From Dehalococcoidia bacterium (GTDB taxonomy: Bacteria > Chloroflexota > Dehalococcoidia > Bin125), in contig OY820591.1 in the NCBI GenBank assembly GCA_963555985.3, positions 1,312,001 through 1,376,000 of the forward strand: 64,000 nucleotides of DNA. Direction: 5' to 3'. Made by a program: the position numbers and the translations under genes. The notes under the pieces were generated by a model. It had not been told where the DNA came from. It worked only from the letters and a program-made list of their open reading frames with translations, and searched no databases. Positions within the stretch are counted from its first letter, which is position 1. Each line of letters begins with the position of its first letter. Below are positions 56,505-64,000 of this stretch, in pieces.

Positions 56505-57263
56505 TCAGATCGGATTTCTCGTCCAGCAGGCTGGGCAGGTGCATGTGTTGCGTGTTTCGTGATAGTGGACCAGTCCATGCATCACGCCGTCGACAGAGTC
56601 GAACTTACGGGCGATGAGATCGAATTGCTGCTGGGCTCCGCGTTCATATCTGCGGAAGACTGCATTGGCAATGAAGTCCGCCAGTTGAAGCGGCCGCCAA
56701 CCTTCCACTGGAGCGAACGCTGGCACACCCAATTGGTTGCGCTGGTCGCCACCCCAGCGATTTTGGTTTTCCCAGAGGTTTGAATGGTGTCGTTGGAGAT
56801 TGTCCTGATAGGCAGATTGTGCCACGAGCGTCATACCCCTCTCCATATTGGCGGACGTTTCTTCATTGGAGATGTTGCTGAGGAAGATGTCGAAGCGAGC
56901 AAGCAGGTGCTCGATCGCCAACTCATATGGCGGTTCGTTGACGTACTTGGTGTCGATCGCGATCCCGAACAAAGTCGCGTCAGAGTTGGAGATCAGGTGA
57001 TAGACGTTGTTTAGCAGACGAAGCCGTGTACCAAAATCGAGGTTGGTGAACGGCGGTTTGAGCCCGCCTTCGCTGGCCGAGAGATCCGTTGCGTGCAAAG
57101 GGGAAGACCGCTGGCCCAAGAATCGGTGAGTGAGTCTGTCGAGGCGGGCTGAAATTTCCGGTATTGATCCGACCGGCAGGGCCAGGCCGGCAAGGACAAA
57201 GTACCGGGTGCCTTTGCCACCTAGGGCCGGATCCCCGGACTCGTCCAGAAACAGGATGTACAT
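56505..57263 (-). CDS. DUF3800 (RNase H-like fold) protein
   Basis: MYILFLDESGD, YFVLAG, LH, LQLADFIA; C-terminal CTCPAC; visibly lower GC than neighbours. Confidence 0.85.
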   Translation of the reverse strand: MYILFLDESGDPALGGKGTRYFVLAGLALPVGSIPEISARLDRLTHRFLGQRSSPLHATDLSASEGGLKPPFTNLDFGTRLRLLNNVYHLISNSDATLFGIAIDTKYVNEPPYELAIEHLLARFDIFLSNISNEETSANMERGMTLVAQSAYQDNLQRHHSNLWENQNRWGGDQRNQLGVPAFAPVEGWRPLQLADFIANAVFRRYERGAQQQFDLIARKFDSVDGVMHGLVHYHETRNTCTCPACWTRNPI

Positions 57264-57273
57264 CAGGAGTGTG

Positions 57274-57346
57274 AGTGAGCCGGCTGGCCCTCCCCGGAAG
57301 GGGAAGGGCCAACAGACCATGATCAGGTGGCCTTGCCGACTTGACT
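57274..57346 (-). ncRNA. Candidate structured RNA (three-way junction) immediately 5' of the DUF3800 gene
   Basis: Closing stem AGTCGGC/GCCGGCT enclosing GGCCA-CCTGATCA-TGGTC and TGGCCCT-TCCCC-TTCC-GGGGA-GGGCCA; folded by eye. Confidence 0.55.
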
Positions 57347-57348
57347 AG

Positions 57349-57378
57349 AGGATATAGCGCGGATTGCCAAACTGCCAA
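57349..57378 (-). promoter_or_regulatory. Putative sigma70 promoter
   Basis: TTGGCA-N18-TATCCT; predicted start near 57342. Confidence 0.4.
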
Positions 57379-57381
57379 CCA

Positions 57382-58719
57382 CTAATCGAGGGCTCCTAGT
57401 TCGACCGCGAGGTTGGCGGTTTTCTTCATTTCTTCGAAGCGCTCGGCTTGCTCTCGGGCTCGGGCTTCGGCGGCTTCGTTCTTGTACTCGGACTCGCTCT
57501 GGGTCTCGCTGGCGACCACATCGAAGCCGTAGGGGCCGTAGACGGGAATCTCGTCGTCGGAGAGTTCGGCCATCAGCTCGGCGCGTTCGGCTTTGCGCTT
57601 GAACGCTTCCTCGATGTAGGGCGCGAGCTCTTCGGCCTTGCGCGCTTCGCGCTCGGCTTCGAACTCCTTGAACTCGGGCATCACGTCGTGCGCGAAGAGT
57701 TCGAGCGCCTCGCAGATGTGCTCGTGGCGGTTGTTGCCCGCTTGCTGGATGAAGACGGACTGGTCGACGCCGCACTCGGCGAAGGTGCGCAGGTGCTCGC
57801 GCAGCGCGTCGGGGGTGCCGATGCCGCCCTCGCCGCCCTGGGAAGGCCAGGTCTCGCGCAGTTGCTCCCAGGCTCCCCAGATGTTGGTGCGGCCGGGCTT
57901 GTGCATTCCGGCGGCGTAGTGGTGGCCCAAGGCGAACTGGAAGAAGCGGAAGCCGTCGCCGCCGCGCCGCTCGGCCTCGTCGGAGTCCTGATGCACCGAG
58001 AACGAGGAGACCATGGCGATGTTCGCGTTGACCGTGTGGCCGATCGGGACGCACTCGGTCTTGAGCGTCTCGTAGTAGTCGTTGACCCAGTGGCGCGCTT
58101 CGGCGGGGTCGATGAAGGCGAAGGTGAGCGCGCCGATGCCGAGCTTGGCGGCCAGGTGGATCGTGTCGCGGTTGGAGCAGGCGACCCAGAGGGGCGGGTG
58201 AGGGCGCTGCACCGGCTTGGGCACGACGTTGCGAGTCGGCATCGAGAAGTACTTGCCCTCGAAGCCGGGGTAGGGATCCATCGCCAACATGTTGGCGACT
58301 TGCTCGACGGTCTCGAGCCACATCGAGCGGCGTTCTTCGGGGTTGATCCGGTATCCCTCGAGCTCCGCGCGTGAGGCGGATTCGCCGGTGCCGAAATCGA
58401 CGCGCCCATTGGACACGAGGTCGAGCGTGGCAATCCGCTCGGCGACGCGGGCCGGGTGGTTGTAGCCCGGCGGCATCAGGACGATCCCGTGTCCGAGGCG
58501 GATGTTCTTGGTCCGCTGGGAGGCGGCGGCGAGGAAGACCTCCGGGGCAGAGGAGTGCGAGTACTCCTCGAGGAAGTGGTGCTCAACCTCCCAGGCGTGG
58601 TCGATACCGAGGCTGTCGGCGAGTTCGACCTGTTCGAGGGCGTCCTGGAACAGCTGTTGCTCCTGACCCTCGCCCCAGGGCTTGGGCAGTTGGTGCTCGT
58701 AGAAGATTCCGAATCTCAT
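57382..58719 (-). CDS. LLM-class flavin-dependent oxidoreductase
   Basis: MRFGIFYEHQ, EHHFLEEYSHSSAPE, ATLDLVSNGRVDFGTG, PKPVQRPHPP. Confidence 0.94.
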   Translation of the reverse strand: MRFGIFYEHQLPKPWGEGQEQQLFQDALEQVELADSLGIDHAWEVEHHFLEEYSHSSAPEVFLAAASQRTKNIRLGHGIVLMPPGYNHPARVAERIATLDLVSNGRVDFGTGESASRAELEGYRINPEERRSMWLETVEQVANMLAMDPYPGFEGKYFSMPTRNVVPKPVQRPHPPLWVACSNRDTIHLAAKLGIGALTFAFIDPAEARHWVNDYYETLKTECVPIGHTVNANIAMVSSFSVHQDSDEAERRGGDGFRFFQFALGHHYAAGMHKPGRTNIWGAWEQLRETWPSQGGEGGIGTPDALREHLRTFAECGVDQSVFIQQAGNNRHEHICEALELFAHDVMPEFKEFEAEREARKAEELAPYIEEAFKRKAERAELMAELSDDEIPVYGPYGFDVVASETQSESEYKNEAAEARAREQAERFEEMKKTANLAVELGALD

Positions 58720-58770
58720 GCGCTCTGCTCCTTTGCACACCCGTTGAGCGGGTTCGCGCGGCCGCCGTCG

Positions 58771-59451
58771 TCAGGAGACGACGACGATCTCCTTGCCTTG
58801 CAGAATGACGGTATCGTCCGGTTCGATCAAAGGCGGGAAGGGGTCTCCCGGCCGATCGGAGGGCGGAACGCCCGCTCTGGCCGCTTCTTCGTCGCGGTAC
58901 CAGAGGGAGGCGATGCCGTCCCAGCGGCTGTCCACGCCCTGATTGGCGTGCGAAGTCGTGTAGCCGATGCAGCCGCCGTCAGTCCGCGCGATCGACTCCG
59001 CCACACGCGGCGAGTGGCCTTCGTTCCAGGCTTGGAACAGTTCTTCGCGGCTGACCTCGCCGCGCATCTTGACGAACGCGACCCACTTCAAGGCGTCCGC
59101 GTCCGAGGGCGGTTGGATGATGATGTTCTCGGTCGTGTAGAGCCCGTCGGTAGTCGGTTCGATCAGTTCGCCGAAACCGTCGATCCCGCGCAGCGCGCCG
59201 CGTTCCTCAGCGAAGGCGGCGTTGAAGTGGTCGAAGTCGCGGAACCAGAGTTCGGCCACGCCGTCATAGGGCATCTCGTCGGTGGCGGGCGGTCCGCCGA
59301 GCGAGCCGACGCTCTCGAAGAACGTGACGCAGTAGCGCTCGGGCTTGGCCAGGTTGGCCACGTGCGGGGCGTGAATGCTGCGCCAGAACTCGAAGAACGA
59401 TTCACGTTCGACGCCCTCCTTGCGGGTGACGGGGACAATCCACTTGAGCAT
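58771..59451 (-). CDS. Tandem EthD-domain protein
   Basis: Two repeats: RK.G..RE.F...W...H.P and YDGVAELWF / WDGIASLWY. Confidence 0.85.
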   Translation of the reverse strand: MLKWIVPVTRKEGVERESFFEFWRSIHAPHVANLAKPERYCVTFFESVGSLGGPPATDEMPYDGVAELWFRDFDHFNAAFAEERGALRGIDGFGELIEPTTDGLYTTENIIIQPPSDADALKWVAFVKMRGEVSREELFQAWNEGHSPRVAESIARTDGGCIGYTTSHANQGVDSRWDGIASLWYRDEEAARAGVPPSDRPGDPFPPLIEPDDTVILQGKEIVVVS

Positions 59452-59479
59452 GACGGGACTCCTCTCAATTGCCGACAGT

Positions 59480-60853
59480 CTAAGCGTCCCCTGTCGTCGG
59501 CGCGGGCAAGGCCGCTGCCAGCTCTCGTGCACGCGATGCCTGCGCGAGAGCGATTGCGGCGCAGGCGCCGGTGTAGCCGGCCGGATCGAGCAGGTCGTCT
59601 ATGGCCTCTTCGCTCAGGTGCGCCCGTACCTCCTGGTCGGCGGCCAGCAGGTCGCGGAAGTTCGCGCCGCTGATCGCGCAGGCTTGCGCGTGTTCGTAGA
59701 CGATGTCGTGCGCCCGCTGGCGTCCGACCTGCTCGCCCAGCGCAAGCATGATCCGCTCGCTCATGATCAGACCGCCGGAGAGATCGAGGTTGCGCCGCAT
59801 CCGTTGCGGATCGACCTGGATTCCGTCGAAGAGCAGGGCCATGCGCGAGAGGATGTCTCCCACCAGCTCAATCGAGCCGGACATCACCCGCTCGATCATG
59901 ACGCTGGTGGAGCCGTCGGCCTCGTGCTCGGTGCGCATCGCGTCGAGGGCGAGTGGGAAGAGCGCCGTCACTTGGGCAGCGCCGGCGCGGATGTCCTGGG
60001 AGAGCTTGGGGTTGCGCTTCTGCGGCATGGTGCTGCTGCCGACCGTGCCGGGCGGTACGGGCTCCTCGATCTCGGCGAATTCGGGCTTCATCATGGTGTA
60101 GGTCTCGTCGGCGATCTTGCGGCAGGTCGCGGCGAGCATGGCCAGGATTGCGGCGTACTCGGCGTGGTGGTCGTGGCTGGTTCGTCCCGGTACCGGCATC
60201 GGCGCGAGACCGAGATGCACCGCCATTCGAGCCTGCACCTCCAGCCCGGGCGCTCCGAACGAGGCGAGTGTTCCCGCCGCGCCGCCGAGCATGGCGACGA
60301 AGATGCGCGGCTCCGCCTGCCGCAGCCGCTCGAGATGGCGGCAGAGCTCGTCGATCCAAGCTCCGACCTTGTAACCGAAGGTCGCGGGCACGGCGTGCTG
60401 ACCATGAGTGCGCCCCGCGATTGGGTCGTCGGCGGTGCGCTCGGCAAGCTCCGCGAGCAAGCCGAGCACTGTTCCCAGCTGGCCCAGGATGATCTCGTGG
60501 GCGCGGCGGAGCTGGAGGATGTCGCCGGTCTGAGTGATGTTCTGGGTGGTCGCGCCCCAGTGGACGTATCCGCCGACTTCGTCTCCGAGGATGCGATCGA
60601 GCTCCCAGATCAGCGGCACGAGGGGATGCGCCGTCACGGCCAGCGTGGCTTCGATCCGCTCGATGTTGAGGAGTTCGAGGCGGCAGTGCTGGGCGATTTC
60701 GGCCGCGGCGTCGGCGGGGATCATGTCGAGTTCGGCTTCGGCGCGGGCCAAGGCGGCTTCGACATCAAGCCAGGCCTGCCAGCGGGCTTCGCGGGTGAAG
60801 AGGGCGCGAATGCCCGGGTCGGGGACTCTCGCGGCGGTTGGTCGGTTCTGCAT
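59480..60853 (-). CDS. Adenylosuccinate lyase/PcaB (fumarate lyase superfamily)
   Basis: HWGATTQN, GRTHGQHA, GSSTMPQKRNP. Confidence 0.9.
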   Translation of the reverse strand: MQNRPTAARVPDPGIRALFTREARWQAWLDVEAALARAEAELDMIPADAAAEIAQHCRLELLNIERIEATLAVTAHPLVPLIWELDRILGDEVGGYVHWGATTQNITQTGDILQLRRAHEIILGQLGTVLGLLAELAERTADDPIAGRTHGQHAVPATFGYKVGAWIDELCRHLERLRQAEPRIFVAMLGGAAGTLASFGAPGLEVQARMAVHLGLAPMPVPGRTSHDHHAEYAAILAMLAATCRKIADETYTMMKPEFAEIEEPVPPGTVGSSTMPQKRNPKLSQDIRAGAAQVTALFPLALDAMRTEHEADGSTSVMIERVMSGSIELVGDILSRMALLFDGIQVDPQRMRRNLDLSGGLIMSERIMLALGEQVGRQRAHDIVYEHAQACAISGANFRDLLAADQEVRAHLSEEAIDDLLDPAGYTGACAAIALAQASRARELAAALPAPTTGDA

Positions 60854-60932
60854 GGACGACTCCCTTGGACTCAGCGCGGCGGAGCGCAGTGGCGGGTAGG
60901 ATCGGACTGCAAGCTAACGAAGGGAACGGGCA

Positions 60933-62147
60933 ATGGTTGCTCCGCTGGAAGGTGTTCGGGTGGTGGAGGTTGCGAACTGGCTGGCTGCGCCGTCGGCTGC
61001 GGCGCTGATGGCCGATCTCGGCGCGGACGTGGTGAAGGTGGAGCACCCCGGCGGGGATCCCTGGCGCACGACATACATGCCCGGGCAGAAGGCCGACTTC
61101 GATCCGGAGACCGACGTGGACGCGCCCTTCGAACTCGACAACCGGGGCAAACGCGGGCTCGCGCTCTCCCTGGAACGGCCGGGCGCGAGCGATGTCATGC
61201 ACCGCCTGATTGCGCGCGCCGACGTGTTCATCACCAACCTCACCGCGCCAAGGATTGAGAGATACGACCTCTCGTATGAGCGTCTACACGAGCTCAATCC
61301 TCGTCTGGTCTATGTCGTTCTGACCGGCTACGGCACGCGTGGAGCAGACCAGGCCAAGACGGGGTTCGACCATTCCGCCTTCTGGTCGCGTTCGGGGATC
61401 ATGAGCCTGTTCGGTGAGCCTGGTGGGCCGCCCATGCAGTGCCGGCCGGGCCAGGGAGACCATACGACTGCGCTCAATCTCCTCTCCGGGACGCTTGCCG
61501 CGCTGCGCCTGCGCGACCTGACCGGCGAGGGTCAGCGGGTAGAGATCACGCTTCAGCGGACAGGAGCGTGGACGATCGGCGTCGATCTGTCTACGGTTCT
61601 GATCACGAAGCGCCAGCCGCAGCGGATGAACCGGATCGTTCCCGGAAATCCGCTGTTCAACTGGTACGAGACCGCCGACGGGCGTTGGGCGATGCTGGTG
61701 ATGCCGACCCCCGACCGCCATTGGGCGCCGATGTGCCGCGCCCTGGATCGCGAGGATCTGCTGGCCGACGAGCGCTATGCCACGCTGGCGGAGCGGAGGC
61801 GGCACAGCGCCGAGTTGACCGCACAGATCGCGGACACGATGCGCACACGGACGTTGTCGGAATGGACGCCGCGCCTGGACGCGGAGGCCCTGACCTGGGC
61901 TCCGGTGGCTGAAGTGACCGAGGTGATCGCGGATACGCAGATGGAGGAGATGGATGCCTGGCGGTGGCTGGAGGGAGCGCAAGGACCGTTCCGCACGCTG
62001 AACACACCGTTTGAGATCAGGGGCGCGGATGTCGGTCCGCGCGGGCCTGCGCCGCGAACCGGTGAGCATACGCATGAAGTGCTGCGCGAGCTCGGTCTGA
62101 GCGATGAGGAGATCGCCGGTCTGGCCGAGCATGGGGCGCTCGGATAG
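60933..62147 (+). CDS. Family III CoA-transferase
   Basis: PLEGVRVVE, GADVVKVE, NRGKR, GQGDHTT. Confidence 0.94.
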   Translation: MVAPLEGVRVVEVANWLAAPSAAALMADLGADVVKVEHPGGDPWRTTYMPGQKADFDPETDVDAPFELDNRGKRGLALSLERPGASDVMHRLIARADVFITNLTAPRIERYDLSYERLHELNPRLVYVVLTGYGTRGADQAKTGFDHSAFWSRSGIMSLFGEPGGPPMQCRPGQGDHTTALNLLSGTLAALRLRDLTGEGQRVEITLQRTGAWTIGVDLSTVLITKRQPQRMNRIVPGNPLFNWYETADGRWAMLVMPTPDRHWAPMCRALDREDLLADERYATLAERRRHSAELTAQIADTMRTRTLSEWTPRLDAEALTWAPVAEVTEVIADTQMEEMDAWRWLEGAQGPFRTLNTPFEIRGADVGPRGPAPRTGEHTHEVLRELGLSDEEIAGLAEHGALG

Positions 62148-62166
62148 GCGGGTAGGGAGCGCCTGG

Positions 62167-63381
62167 ATGTCGTCCGAGGGCGACGATAGGTACGAGCAGG
62201 AGAGCGCCGCCGGACTTGGCGACGAGCTTCCGGTGCTGCTTGAGTTCGTGCGGCGATTCGTGCGGCGCGACATTTGGCTGTGGGAGAAGCGGATTGATCC
62301 GAATGCCAGCCGTCTGCCCGCCGATGTGTTCGGTGAACTCCATGGCCGCGTCTCGGAGTTCGGGCTTGATCATCTGATGGCACCGCGGGGCAGCTGTGCG
62401 GGCCCTGCGCTCGACCTGCCGGATTGGGAGCGGGCGCGGATTGTTGAGGAGATCGCGCAGCATCGCGCGGGGTTGCTCTATCCGGCTTACGGGCTCTTCG
62501 ATCCTGATCTGCCGCCCCAGCTCTACGCGGCCACGACTGAGCAGCGACGCGCGTTTCTGCTCCCCCTGATCGAGCGAAAGGCGCACTGCTTTCGCGGTCT
62601 TGACGATCCGGATTTGGCTGGTCTTCCCGTTGACGGGGTGCGCGCGCGGGCGCTGCGTCAAGGCGATCGCTGGATGTTGGACGGCACCAAGATCTTCGTC
62701 GCCGACGCGGAGGATGCCGACTTTGGTCTGGTCTACGCGAATAGCGAGTGGAGTGCGGGTGAGCGCGAGGGCGTTTCCTTGCTCGTCGTTGAGACCGACC
62801 GCACGGGATTTCAGCGCTGGCGTCCGTGGCCAACCGTCGCGGTCGGGCGGGACACGATGGAACTGAATTTGTCGGCGGTGAAGCTGCCCGAGCTCAATCT
62901 GCTCGGCGAGCCGGGGGCTGGGCCGGCTTTCGCCAATGGGCTTGTTCTGCGCCGGCGTGTGTTCACGGCGGCTCAGGTCACGGGGGTGGCATCGGCGGCG
63001 CAGGATATTGCGCGCGGCGGCATATGGTCGCGCTCGGAGGACGGTTTGGCGCTGGCGAGGGGAGAACGGGCGCGGCTGGCGCTGGCTGACAATGAGATCG
63101 CGGTCAGCGCGGCGCGGCAGCTCTATCTGGCTGGTGCGACTGCGACCGACTCGGACGGGGCGCTGCTCGAGCCCGTGCTGGCGGCGCAGGTGTTTGCCCT
63201 CGATGCGGCGAGCGCGGTCGTCGGGCGAACCATGCACTTGCTCGGAGTCGCGGCGGCATCGGCTGACCTACCGTTGGAGCGCTGGGCGCGTGAGTTGCAA
63301 TGGCTGCGGGTGACCAGCGGGGGCGCTGATCGCCAGCGTCTGGCGATTGCGGCGAAACTGGTTTCGACGTTCAAGAAGTAG
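62167..63381 (+). CDS. Acyl-CoA dehydrogenase-like protein, divergent
   Basis: WMLDGTKIFV, LALADNEI, PLERWARE; catalytic motifs altered. Confidence 0.82.
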   Translation: MSSEGDDRYEQESAAGLGDELPVLLEFVRRFVRRDIWLWEKRIDPNASRLPADVFGELHGRVSEFGLDHLMAPRGSCAGPALDLPDWERARIVEEIAQHRAGLLYPAYGLFDPDLPPQLYAATTEQRRAFLLPLIERKAHCFRGLDDPDLAGLPVDGVRARALRQGDRWMLDGTKIFVADAEDADFGLVYANSEWSAGEREGVSLLVVETDRTGFQRWRPWPTVAVGRDTMELNLSAVKLPELNLLGEPGAGPAFANGLVLRRRVFTAAQVTGVASAAQDIARGGIWSRSEDGLALARGERARLALADNEIAVSAARQLYLAGATATDSDGALLEPVLAAQVFALDAASAVVGRTMHLLGVAAASADLPLERWARELQWLRVTSGGADRQRLAIAAKLVSTFKK

Positions 63382-64000
63382 ATGCGTCGTCGATGGGCGG
63401 ATGATCGAGGGCGGCTGAGGCGATCAGCTCCAGCCCGCGCGGGGTGATCGGCGGGTTGAAGAGGGGGCCGCGCACGTCGCGGAGGTAGCGTTCGAGCGGT
63501 TCGGAGCGATGCAGCGAGATGCCGCCGACCAGACGCATACAGCGGTCGACTACCTCGACGGCGGTGTCGCCGGCGTGGAGTTTGGCTGCGGCCACGCGCG
63601 GGCCAAGCTGGGCGCGTCCCTCACGATCGAGCTTGTCCCAGGCGCTGGCGGTCTCGTGGAGCAGGGCGCGCGAGGCGATCAGGCGTAGATCGATCTCGCC
63701 GACTGCGCTGCGCACGGTGGGGATGCTCGCGATCGGAGCGGGCGCACCGCCGGGTCGGCGGTTGCGGCAAAATTCGACGGTGTAGTCGCGGGCGGCTTCC
63801 GCGACTCCCAAGGAGGCTGCGGAGACCAGGAGCGCGAACCAGGCGAAGTCGCCGTGTCGTTGGCCGGCTCGGGCTGGTTCCTGGCGGATGAGGAACTCGT
63901 CGTCGGTGAGCGGCACGTTGTCGTACCAGACGTCGTGCGAGCCGGTGGAGCGGAGGCCGACGACGTCCCAGGTCTCCTCAATGCGCAGGCCGGGCGAGTC
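63371..64000 (-). CDS. Acyl-CoA dehydrogenase-family protein, 5' end beyond window
   Basis: IEETWDVVGLRSTGSHDV, PLERYLRDVR. Confidence 0.9.
   Translation of the reverse strand, partial: DSPGLRIEETWDVVGLRSTGSHDVWYDNVPLTDDEFLIRQEPARAGQRHGDFAWFALLVSAASLGVAEAARDYTVEFCRNRRPGGAPAPIASIPTVRSAVGEIDLRLIASRALLHETASAWDKLDREGRAQLGPRVAAAKLHAGDTAVEVVDRCMRLVGGISLHRSEPLERYLRDVRGPLFNPPITPRGLELIASAALDHPPIDDASTS

Noticed and set aside
59375-61258. Long antisense or alternative-frame ORFs (this one, 47605-49092, 31196-32509, 29955-31259 and others)
   Set aside because: Expected in high-GC DNA overlapping well-supported genes; no recognisable motifs

Overview
GC-rich chromosomal window. The gene content (many family III CoA-transferases, crotonases, LLM oxidoreductases, DinB, EthD, Uma2, DUF35/thiolase) suggests Chloroflexota/Dehalococcoidia, but this is inference only. 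About 60 CDS are mostly catabolic or housekeeping (gltB, sulfite/nitrite reductase, pncA/pncB, pcrA, mazG, two TrmH-family methyltransferases), plus 5 tRNAs. The accessory signal is concentrated at 43-57 kb. (1) Nested non-autonomous elements: one type inserts into the loop of a GTCATTCCCGCG..GCGGGAATCCA palindrome with 6-bp duplications and carries the same palindrome inside it. (2) A broken higBA islet bracketed by a duplicated amidase 3' end. (3) An orphan, strongly C/A-skewed HTH gene resembling a phage small terminase, containing a bipartite CTGAACA repeat array that recurs as a non-coding solo copy about 41 kb away. (4) A DUF3800 gene with its own promoter and a compact three-way-junction RNA leader. 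All calls come from reading the sequence by eye; no searches or folding programs were run.
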